DNA of 62,690 nucleotides from a virus: the IMG/VR virus record IMGVR_UViG_3300048915_000098, positions 1 through 62,690 of that record; one strand, 5' to 3'. The notes beneath the pieces are model-generated. The model searched no databases and had not been told where the DNA came from. It worked only from the letters and a program-made list of their open reading frames with translations. This document shows, piece after piece, positions 16,547 through 25,000 of this stretch. Numbering within the stretch: position 1 is the stretch's first letter; the number at the start of each line of letters is the position of its first letter. The position numbers were made by a program, and so were the translations under genes.

Positions 16547-16609
16547 GGGTCGACCCTCTGTCGTTCTGTGCCCAGATCGCAGCAACCGTCGCGCCCTGTG
16601 GAGTTCGAA

Positions 16610-16882
16610 ATGACGACAACGAACGGATCCCGCTTGCATGCGGTTGAAATCTTCGCAGCGCTCATGAAGGAACCCTGCACGAAGGAGCAACTCTGCGAGC
16701 GCGTAGGCATCTCCGACAGCGCCGTTCGGAACTGGCTTCACGAGCTGCGCCGGTCGGGTGTGGTCCGGGTCTGCGGGTTCGTCCGACGCGCCGCGTCCGG
16801 CTACCCGGCGCGCGTCTTCTGCCTTCAGTCCAAGCCGTTCGAGCTGCCCGACGTGCCCTATCGCCGAAAGGACTTGGCATGA
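16610..16882 (+). CDS. Winged-helix DNA-binding protein (90 aa)
   Basis: Trimmed from the 222-aa ORF to ATG 16610. Contains CTKEQLCERVGISDSAVRNWLHELRRSGVVRV. Confidence 0.65.
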   Translation: MTTTNGSRLHAVEIFAALMKEPCTKEQLCERVGISDSAVRNWLHELRRSGVVRVCGFVRRAASGYPARVFCLQSKPFELPDVPYRRKDLA

Positions 16883-17487
16883 ACACGGTCGCCAGCAAGG
16901 CCTGCAGCATCGACGGTTGCGGTCGACCGATCCTCGCGTGGGGATGGTGCAACCGGCATTACAGGCGCTGGAAGCGGAACGGTGATCCGTCAGACAAGCC
17001 GCGGGTCTACCCCGTGAAGAGCGAAGCGCCTGGGTGGTTCAACGACGTCTTCATGGCCTCGGTCAAGATCGATGAAGCGACCGGGTGCTGGGTCTGGCAA
17101 CGGCCAATCTCGACAAGTCGGTACGGGGCCATCAACTTCGCCGGCAAGAGGCGAGGCGCACACCGTGTCGCTTTCGCAGTCCACAACGGACGAAACATCG
17201 ATGGCCTGGGCTGCATCTGCCACCGCTGCGACAACCCGCCTTGCGTAAATCCGGCGCACTTGTTCGAAGCAACTCAGCTCGAGAACATCCGCGACCGCAA
17301 CGAAAAGCAACGCACCGCCCGCGGGGAGGCGACTCCTCACGCGCGCCTGAATCCTGAGAAGGTGCTCGACATTCGACGCCGCGCGGCAAGCGGAAAGGAG
17401 AGTGTTCGCTCTATCAGCCGGTCATACGGTGTCGATCACATGACGATTCTCAACATCGTGCGTGGGGAAACCTGGGGGCACGTATGA
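16879..17487 (+). CDS. HNH (HNH_3-type) endonuclease with C-terminal HTH
   Basis: Contains CSIDGCGRP...GWCNRHYRRW, GCWVWQ..., ICHRCDNPPCVNPAHL and a terminal HTH (SVRSISRSYGVDHMTILNIVRG). Confidence 0.85.
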   Translation: MNTVASKACSIDGCGRPILAWGWCNRHYRRWKRNGDPSDKPRVYPVKSEAPGWFNDVFMASVKIDEATGCWVWQRPISTSRYGAINFAGKRRGAHRVAFAVHNGRNIDGLGCICHRCDNPPCVNPAHLFEATQLENIRDRNEKQRTARGEATPHARLNPEKVLDIRRRAASGKESVRSISRSYGVDHMTILNIVRGETWGHV

Positions 17488-17720
17488 AGACCGTGATTCT
17501 CAACGACGGCCGGGAGGTTGATAGCAACTCTCCCGAATGGCGTGATGAAACGATGGTCAGACACGGCCAAGTGCAAGAGCTCCTGGGCATGCGCGGCGTG
17601 GCCAACCGGCCGAAGCGCCAGCAGTTCATCGACCAGGTCGAGTTCCTGGAGGGTGCCCTCGCCGGCGAGCGCTTGCGCGCCGCGCTGCAGAAAGCCTGGA
17701 CGGAGGGCGCCGACGCATGA
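17484..17720 (+). CDS. Hypothetical protein (78 aa)
   Basis: ATGA overlap with the upstream gene; good codon bias. Confidence 0.55.
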   Translation: MKTVILNDGREVDSNSPEWRDETMVRHGQVQELLGMRGVANRPKRQQFIDQVEFLEGALAGERLRAALQKAWTEGADA

Positions 17721-18013
17721 ACTACGCCGAACGCAACGGCGGCGACACGACGCGCTTCGGCGGCGGCCGCGTCCTGCTGTTCCTGCACCGCACCGCCCGG
17801 CAGTTTCGCTGGCAGGCGCGCTGCTACCAGCCGGATTGCTGTGGCTGCACCGCCTGCGGGGCCGGCGACACACCCCGTGAAGCCTATGCGCAACTCATGG
17901 GCGTGCTCAAGGGTGACGGCGTCCAGCGGCTGTCCGAGCGGATGGTCGACCTGCTGTGCGGCCTGAGCGCGTGGCAGGCCATTGCCCTGAATCCGAGGAA
18001 CGAGAAGGCATGA
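17717..18013 (+). CDS. Cys-rich hypothetical protein (98 aa)
   Basis: ATGA overlap with the upstream gene. Contains CYQPDCCGCTACG. Confidence 0.55.
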   Translation: MNYAERNGGDTTRFGGGRVLLFLHRTARQFRWQARCYQPDCCGCTACGAGDTPREAYAQLMGVLKGDGVQRLSERMVDLLCGLSAWQAIALNPRNEKA

Positions 18014-18444
18014 GAGCAGTCACCGGCCCGCTCAGCGACCCCAAGCAGGCGATCGCCTTCTGGGAGCGCTTCGTTTATCCGCGCATCCGGCCATTTCTTG
18101 AGGCGGGGGTTCGCCTTCGCCTGAGCATCCGCGAGGACACCCGCACGCTCGATCAGAACGCGAAGTTTCACGCGCTGTGCGGGGACATCGAAGTCAGCAA
18201 GTTCCCCTGGATGGGAAAGCCCAGGTCGGCAAAGCAATGGAAGGTGCTGCTGGTGTCGGGGCACGCGATCGCAACCGAGGAAGGCGCGGACGTAATGCCA
18301 GGACTAGAAGGCGAGTTCGTGAACCTGCGCGAGAGCACCGCGCTCATGAGCGTGCGCCGCAGCGCCAGCCTCATCGAATACACCTTGGCGTTCATGGCAC
18401 GCAACGAGATTCCAGTCCTGGACAACGTGGGGGCCGAATGCTGA
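18010..18444 (+). CDS. ninB: NinB/Orf-family recombination mediator
   Basis: Trimmed to ATG 18010. RTLDQNAKFHALCGDI...KQWKVLL...STALMSVRRSASLIEYTLAF aligns by eye with lambda NinB. Confidence 0.8.
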   Translation: MRAVTGPLSDPKQAIAFWERFVYPRIRPFLEAGVRLRLSIREDTRTLDQNAKFHALCGDIEVSKFPWMGKPRSAKQWKVLLVSGHAIATEEGADVMPGLEGEFVNLRESTALMSVRRSASLIEYTLAFMARNEIPVLDNVGAEC

Positions 18445-19112
18445 GCCGCCGCACACCGCTCAAGCGCACCGCCATGAAGCGCAGCACCCTGCTCCGTGCG
18501 GCGGGCCCGGCCCGGGCATCGGTTCCCGTGTTGCGACCGCGCAAGTGCGCCAACTGCCGCGAGCCGTTCCAGCCTCGGACGTCGATGATCAAGTGGTGCT
18601 CCACCGACTGCGGCGCAGCGCTGGCGCTGGTCAAGTTGGAGAAGGTCAAGGCCAAGGCGGCGCGCGATGATCGCAAGAAGACCCGCGCGCAGCTCGAGGC
18701 CATGAAGACGATCGCCAAACTCGAAGACGAGTGCCGCAAGATCGTCCAGAAGATCGCCCGCATTCGCGACCGCAACGATGGCTGCATCTCGTGCCACATG
18801 GGGCCGAACTACAGCGGCCAATGGCATGGCTCGCACTACCGGGCTCACGGGGCCTGTTCATCGCTGCAGTTCCACCTCTGGAACATCCACAAGTCCTGCG
18901 CCCAATGCAATCTCTACAAGGGCGGCAACAAAGAGGGCTACATCGCCGGCCTTCTTGCCAAGTCAGGCTACGGCCGCGAGCGCCTCGAGTGGCTGGACTG
19001 CCAACCGAAGTCGAAGCGGTTCGATCGTGCGTACCTGCTGCGATTCAAGTCCGTCATGGGTCGGCGCTGCCGCCGCTTGGAGAAATCGAGTATGAAAGGA
19101 ATCGAAGCATGA
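18438..19112 (+). CDS. ninG: NinG/Rap-family protein
   Basis: Trimmed to ATG 18438. Contains KCANCREPFQP...KWCSTDCG and CISCH...CAQCN, the NinG-type Cys pattern. Confidence 0.8.
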   Translation: MLSRRTPLKRTAMKRSTLLRAAGPARASVPVLRPRKCANCREPFQPRTSMIKWCSTDCGAALALVKLEKVKAKAARDDRKKTRAQLEAMKTIAKLEDECRKIVQKIARIRDRNDGCISCHMGPNYSGQWHGSHYRAHGACSSLQFHLWNIHKSCAQCNLYKGGNKEGYIAGLLAKSGYGRERLEWLDCQPKSKRFDRAYLLRFKSVMGRRCRRLEKSSMKGIEA

Positions 19113-19546
19113 CCGTGATCTGCTGGGACGGGAAGACGCTGGCCGCCGACCGCATGTGCCAACACGGACACACCGCGTCGCCGGTGGTGAAGATCTTCCG
19201 CGTCCGCGATGAGTTGGTCGGCGTCAGCGGCTGCTTTCCCGACGGCATGGAGCTGCTGGATTGGTTCCGCGCTGGCGCCGTGCCCAAGGACTTCCCCTCC
19301 GCCAGCCGAAGCCGTGAGGGCGGCGCCGCGCTGCTGGTCATCGGCGCCGACGGCCGGGCCAGGAAATACGAGATCGGCCCCTACCCCTTCTTCTTCGACA
19401 GCACGCAGGTCGCTGCCGGCTGCGGGGACGAATCCGCGCTCGTCGCCATGGCATGCGGGAAGAACGCGCGGGAGGCGGTCGAGATGGCCATCCGATTCAA
19501 CAGCGGGTGTGGCCTGGGCGTCGACACCCTGGAGCTCAACCCATGA
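19109..19546 (+). CDS. Mini Ntn-hydrolase / proteasome-beta (HslV)-like protein (145 aa)
   Basis: Trimmed to ATG 19109. N-terminal MT-VICWDGKTLAADR has Thr directly after Met, and AAGCGDESALVAMACG resembles the proteasome-beta GSG motif. Confidence 0.55.
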   Translation: MTVICWDGKTLAADRMCQHGHTASPVVKIFRVRDELVGVSGCFPDGMELLDWFRAGAVPKDFPSASRSREGGAALLVIGADGRARKYEIGPYPFFFDSTQVAAGCGDESALVAMACGKNAREAVEMAIRFNSGCGLGVDTLELNP

Positions 19547-20115
19547 ACACCATCAACGACCGCCCGCCGTGCATCAGCGAGCGCTTCGCCTCCGCGACGG
19601 ACAGCTCAGACCTCACACTCCACACCGAGCATCGCTGCGATGCGGACATGCTCCTTGCTGCAGGCTACGCCGCCCAGGGCAACCGCAAGGGCATGATCGC
19701 CCTCATGGCCTACCGGATGAAGATCACCGGTGACAAGGCCTCGAAGTGGGAGATCGTGGAGGCCCTGATCGAGCACATGCGCTATGAGGTGCTCCGGCGC
19801 ACCCGCCAGAGTGGCCTGCCCAAGATCACTCGCGAGCAATCCCGCGTCGTCGTGCAGACCGTCATCAACTGGTGGATGGACGACAACTGCGTGACCTGCA
19901 CCGGCCGCAAGATGCAGCCGATCCCCGGCACGCCGCACCTTTCGGCGAACTGGTGCGAGGCCTGCGCGGGCAGCGGCAAGCGAGACATCCCGGACACCGG
20001 ACCGCACGCGAAGTGGCTGGCCGCGGAACTCGACCACATGCTGACGTTCATCGTCGGCGACATGGCGCGGCGGCTGAGCGCGCGCCTGGATCTGAAAAGC
20101 GAGGGCAAGCCATGA
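19543..20115 (+). CDS. Zinc-finger protein (CxxCxGxK ... CxxCxGxGK), function unknown
   Basis: Trimmed to ATG 19543. Contains CVTCTGRK...CEACAGSGK. It occupies the Q position of lambdoid nin regions, but no late operon follows it. Confidence 0.5.
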   Translation: MNTINDRPPCISERFASATDSSDLTLHTEHRCDADMLLAAGYAAQGNRKGMIALMAYRMKITGDKASKWEIVEALIEHMRYEVLRRTRQSGLPKITREQSRVVVQTVINWWMDDNCVTCTGRKMQPIPGTPHLSANWCEACAGSGKRDIPDTGPHAKWLAAELDHMLTFIVGDMARRLSARLDLKSEGKP

Positions 20116-20318
20116 AGGTCACGCTCACGAAGTGGGCGGCGGCGCGATACGATCCGCTGCCCAGCCTCTGGACGCTCAGGAGATGGGCGCGTGAGGGCGA
20201 ACTGCACCCTCCGCCCGAACTGGTCGGGAAGACGTACTACATCGACGAGAACGCGCGCCGACTGTCCATCCCTGAACCGAAGGCCACGCTGGTCGATCGC
20301 ATGAAAGCCACCGCGTGA
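20112..20318 (+). CDS. xis: Excisionase (lambda Xis-like)
   Basis: MKVTLTKWAAARYDPLPSLWTLRRWAREGELHPPPELVGKTYYIDENA resembles lambda Xis. Lies directly upstream of int. Confidence 0.75.
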   Translation: MKVTLTKWAAARYDPLPSLWTLRRWAREGELHPPPELVGKTYYIDENARRLSIPEPKATLVDRMKATA

Positions 20319-21403
20319 ACGCAGCACGTCGCTCCCGCCGCAAGCAGGACTGGCCGCGAGGCCTGTACGAGCCGCGGCCCGGCTACTTCGTCTGGAGGCA
20401 CCCGAAGACCGGCGAGACCATGGCCATCGGCCGCACGACCGTTGCCGACGCGCGCAACCAGGCGTTGGCAGCGAACCAGCACGTTCTGGACACTGCGCCG
20501 ACGCTGATCGAGCGGATGGAGGGCAGGGAGCACACGGTCGCGGATGTGCTGGACGTGATGCCCGAAGCCGAGAACGCCAACACGGCGAAGTCGCAGCGCT
20601 CGCTGGACAAGCGCATCCGTGCAAAGCTGGGCGGCAAGCACTGCGGCCGGCTGTCGGTCAGGGACTGCGCCGACATGCTCGATGAGATTGTCGAGGACGG
20701 CCACGCGCGCACGGCTCAGGCGGTTCGTTCACGGCTAATCGTGGTGTGCAAGAAGGCGCTGGCCAAAGGCTGGATGGAGAGCAACCCGGCCGAGGTGACG
20801 GAGGAGATCGAGGTCGAGGTCAAGCGCGGCCGGTTGACGCTCGAGATGTTCCATGCGGTCTACGAGAACGCACCCGAGGTGTGCGAATGGCTGCAGGCGG
20901 CCATGCGCCTGGCGCTCGTCACGGGCCAGGACCGGTCCACCATCTGCGACATGGAGCGATCACACGTCGCCGATGGCTTCCTGACCGTCTGGCGCACGAA
21001 GACCCGCGAGACCAATCAGCCCGTCGATATTCCCCTCGCGCTGCGCCTGGACGCGGTGGGCTGGTCGCTCGCCGACCTGGTCAAGCCGCGAACCGGCGTG
21101 CTGTCGAAGTACCTCGTCCACCACGTCCAGCCTTGGGGCAACGCGCCGGCGGGCTCGCCGATCCACGTCAACGCCTTGTCGCGCAGCTTCACCGAGGCCC
21201 GCATCCTGGCCAAGATCCCGGACGTCGGGCCAGACGGCAAGGGCGCGCCGACGTTCCATGAGATCCGGTCGCTGTCGAAGCGCCTCTACGCCGCCCAGGG
21301 CGGTGTCGACACCAAGGCCCTGCTCGGCCACAAGACCGACAAGGCGGCAGACCTGTATGCCGACCCGCGAGGCGTCGAACACATCCGTGTGCGCATCGCC
21401 TGA
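20315..21403 (+). CDS. int: Tyrosine integrase (lambda Int family)
   Basis: 362 aa, GTG start. The C-terminus has HEIRSLSKRLY...LLGHKTDKAADLY (the R..H-x-x-R..Y catalytic pattern). Confidence 0.9.
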   Translation: MNAARRSRRKQDWPRGLYEPRPGYFVWRHPKTGETMAIGRTTVADARNQALAANQHVLDTAPTLIERMEGREHTVADVLDVMPEAENANTAKSQRSLDKRIRAKLGGKHCGRLSVRDCADMLDEIVEDGHARTAQAVRSRLIVVCKKALAKGWMESNPAEVTEEIEVEVKRGRLTLEMFHAVYENAPEVCEWLQAAMRLALVTGQDRSTICDMERSHVADGFLTVWRTKTRETNQPVDIPLALRLDAVGWSLADLVKPRTGVLSKYLVHHVQPWGNAPAGSPIHVNALSRSFTEARILAKIPDVGPDGKGAPTFHEIRSLSKRLYAAQGGVDTKALLGHKTDKAADLYADPRGVEHIRVRIA

Positions 21404-21653
21404 CTTATCAAATGAACGGCAAGTAAACAGGAAATGAACTCACCGGGCGCGGTGTCTGTTGCCGAGGCAGACCATCAAAACACGAACTTTGTTCATATAC
21501 ATCAACGGCTTAGGTCTCTTTTTCGGCCCCTTATTCATGCGCAGAAAGACATCAAATAGGTTGATATGAATCAACCATTTATCAAACGCATTTGAACAGG
21601 GCTAACCCCATTTCAACCACCCGCTCGGGCATGCTCAAGCGTACAGTCGCGCG
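21404..21653. other. attP region (AT-rich, repeat-dense)
   Basis: The only strongly AT-rich 250 bp, directly 3' of int. It has about six ATGAA(C/T) copies in both orientations, a GGTTGAT-ATGA-ATCAACC inverted repeat (21559..21576) and TTATCAAA(T/C)G repeats. Confidence 0.6.
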
Positions 21654-22022
21654 ATGGCATTGAAGCGATCGCACGTCATCGCCGGCACCGTCCTGGCGCT
21701 GCTGGCTTTGGCGTCGCTGGTTCGTGGAGGGGAGACGGGGGCGCGGCCGGAGGCTGCGCAACCCCCGCTTGAACGGTCGGTGGCAGCCGCCGCGGCGCGC
21801 GCGCGGGCTGATCTCCCGATCAATCCGCGCATCCTGAAGGTCGGCGCCAACCAGGTGCAGGTCATCGACATCCCGTCGATGGTCAGCCCGAAGTCTGCTC
21901 TGGTGGAGACGCGCCGCTGCTACGTGTGGCGCGACCTCGAATTCCGTACGGCGTCGGTCACCTGCCCGGAAGATGGTGAGATGCTGCCAGCGGCCGGGCC
22001 TCCGCCCAGCGGCGAGCGCTAG
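21654..22022 (+). CDS. Secreted/membrane-anchored small protein next to attP (122 aa)
   Basis: N-terminal signal/anchor VIAGTVLALLALASLVRG; good codon bias. Converges on the giant gene with overlapping stops. Confidence 0.6.
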   Translation: MALKRSHVIAGTVLALLALASLVRGGETGARPEAAQPPLERSVAAAAARARADLPINPRILKVGANQVQVIDIPSMVSPKSALVETRRCYVWRDLEFRTASVTCPEDGEMLPAAGPPPSGER

Positions 22023-25000
22023 TCTTCGTCCGCCGTCGCCGCGGCCTTCTCGGTCTTGACGGCTTCCCGCTTGCGCTCGGCATCGAGCAGCTCGTTCATC
22101 TTCTCCAGGTCGTCGTCGCTAGCGCGCTGGCTGAAGCGACGGAAGGCACCCGCGCTCAAGCGGGACTCCGGCATCTGCAGGTGTCGCAGCGTGGTCATGA
22201 TCTGCGACGGCGGCATCTTGATGCCCTCGAGGAGCGCGATCGCCTTGTCGTCGTCGCCATCCTTGATGGCCTGCTTGACCTGGGGCATGACGTCCATCTT
22301 CGCGCCTTCGAACTTCCGGTCGGCGGCGTACATCTGGCCGACGGCCGGGCCGCCCGGTGCACCCTTGCTGAATGTCAGGCCGGCAAACGGCCCCACGGTC
22401 TTGAGCTTGTCGACGTCGGTGGCGGTGCCCTTCTTCCAGTCCCAGGCGCCGGCGATCGCGTCGGCCGGGATCATCTGCGTGGCGAACAGCTTGGCGATGC
22501 GGCCGGCGTTCGTCAGCACGCCGCCCAGGCCGGGAGCGTCGGGGTCGTAGATGCGCTGGCCGATGCCGTTGTCGTTGTTCCAGACCTGCTGGAGCGGCCG
22601 CACGAGTTGGCTTTCCTTGGCCTTGGCCGTGACCAGCGGCTTGGTGATCCAGTTCTTGAAGTCCTCGCCGACCTTGCCGGTGGGCAGGCGCATGTAGATC
22701 GCCGTGCCATCGGCCGACGTGCCCACGCGGATCCGGTCTTCCTTGCCGGGCTCGTTCTCCGAGGTCGACGACAGCGCGTTGACGGCGTCGAAGGGGTTGC
22801 TCAGCGTGTCCAGCGGGTGGTCGCCGGCGCGCTTCAGCAACTTGTGCAGGCGCTCGGCATACCCCTGACCGACATCACCCCAGGTCTTCTTGTCCTTCCA
22901 GTGCTCGAAGGCGCTTTGCATCAGGGAGTTGCCGACGTACATCAGGCCGATGTCCAGGATGAACGAGGCGATTGCGATGCGGCGCGCGCGCGAGGTCGCG
23001 GCGGCCGCGGCCAGCTCGCCGGCCGACACCTTGATCTGCGCGCGGACGTCGCGCGGCAGGCCGGTCATCATGTCCTTCATCAGGCCCATGTTGCCCAGGG
23101 TGAAGGTGCGCGAGAACATCAGCAGGTTGGCCGTGCGCCGGGCCGCCACCGACATCGCCTCGTTGGGCAGCGCGCCGGCGAAGCGGTTGGCGAAGTGGGC
23201 GGCGACCTTGCCGGCGGCGGCCGGATCCATCCCCTTGGAGATCTCGTGCTCGCGGATCGAGCCGTACAGTCCCGCCTGCAGGTCACCCACGCGATCCCAC
23301 AGCAGGGTGTTGTGCCAGATGTCGCCGGCCCGGTCGATCGCCTTCTTCGCCGCGGTGCCGGCCTTCTCGCTGGCCAGCCCGAGCGCGCCGCCGATCAGCT
23401 TGGCGGTCCAGCTCCGGCCCGGCGTCAGGCTCGGATCCTCCATGATCCCGGTGATGTCCTGGATCCCGCCGCGCCGGCCAATGGGCACCAGGCCGTCGGA
23501 GATCGCCTGGCGCATCTGCGCCGGGTCGTTCTTGATGCGGTTGCCCTCGAAGTAGATCTGGAACGTCGCTACCTTGCCGGGCATCGCCGGCAGCGCGCGG
23601 CCCCACTCCACCGCGTTGTGGATCAGCGGCGAGTACATGATGAGGCCCATCGACTTGCCCTTGAGCGCCATCAGGGCGTTGTAGATCTCGTTGGGCTTCT
23701 CGGTCATGACGGCCTTCAGCGGCCCCTCGAAGTCCTTGGAGACGTACAGCGGCACCCGCTCGAAGGTCTTCGAGCCATCCTCGTTCGAGGTCACCCGCCA
23801 GGTCTTGAGCGCCGGGCTGTCGAAGGTCACGAAGCCCGGCTCCTCGCTGGTCGACACCGTCTTCATGCCGGCCTTGTCGCCGTAGGCCTTGATCTGGTTG
23901 ACCAGCTCCCGGCCGGCGATCGCGCGCTCGAGCCGGGACATGGCCAGCGGCATGGTGCGGATGTCGCGGACGAGCTGCGCGCCCTCGCCCAACTTGCCCT
24001 TCATGGCGGCCTCGGTGTCCTCGGCGGTCAGGTGCTTGCGGCCCTTGAGGCTGCTCGCCGTCGTGACGATGTTGCGGCCCTGGGTGCCGCTGCCCTCGAC
24101 GTTGCCTCCCTTCGGCCGCGAGTACTCGCCGGCGCCGTCGATCATGACGGCCATCCGCGGCGTCCAGTACGGCAGGCCCTCGCCTTCGAACATCCCGACC
24201 GCCTTGGCGCGCTGCAGGAGCGATTCACCGTAGTTGTGCAGTGCGTCGACGGTGGCGCGTTGGTCCGGGGTCAGGCGGTTCAGGCCCTCGCCGGGCCCGG
24301 GTTCCTTGCCCTGCTGGCGCAGGACGCCCTCTTGGTCGGCCGCCTCCCACATCTCGCGGCGCTGGGCCTCGTCGTAGTTCTTGGCGATGACCGAATCGAA
24401 CTTGTCCCATTGCCAGCGCGCGAGGCGATCGGCGTTGGCGAAGTCCTTGACCAGCGCGCGGGTCTGATCGGTGCCCAGCGCCATGGGCGCGGTGATTCGG
24501 ACTGCCTCGTCGCGCAGCTTGCGGGCCGCGTCGGCAGCCGTGGCCGCGGCTTCGCGCACCTTGCCGAAGACCTCGGCCAGCTTGGATGGTTCGTGGATGT
24601 CCGGAACGTCGCCGGACTCATCGCCGGCGTGCTGACTCAGGAGCGGGGCGTCGCCACCGGCGTCGCTTTGGCGAACGCCTTCTTGCCGAACTCGTTCAGC
24701 ATGCGCTTGTGCTGCCGCAGCGACTCGATTTCGGAGCTCGTCAGCATTCCGGAAGCCAATGAGGTATCCCGCCTCGGCGCCGGTGAGGGCGCGGGGGTCG
24801 ACGTGAAGTTCGTCGCGGACGGTTTGACCATATCGGCTTTCAATCTCGGCGGTTTGTCGCTTCGGCGCAACCATTGTAGGTGCACGGCTGGCGTCTGCCA
24901 AGGTGGCCACCCCTACAACCTCGCCGCCGCCGGCGCGGATGTGATCCGCCAGTTCCGCGAGGGTCCCGCCCATGGTCGTCACATCGTCGACCACGACATA

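Noticed and set aside
19543-20115. Confident annotation as antiterminator Q
   Set aside because: The case rests only on position plus a zinc finger. No late promoter or late operon lies downstream (xis, int and attP follow), so the gene is left as function unknown.
21404-21653. tRNA gene or tRNA 3' fragment in attP; CRISPR arrays, rRNA or IS/transposase elements anywhere in the window
   Set aside because: No cloverleaf-compatible segment or TTCGAATCC-type T-arm was seen. There are no spaced direct-repeat arrays and no transposase-like ORFs.
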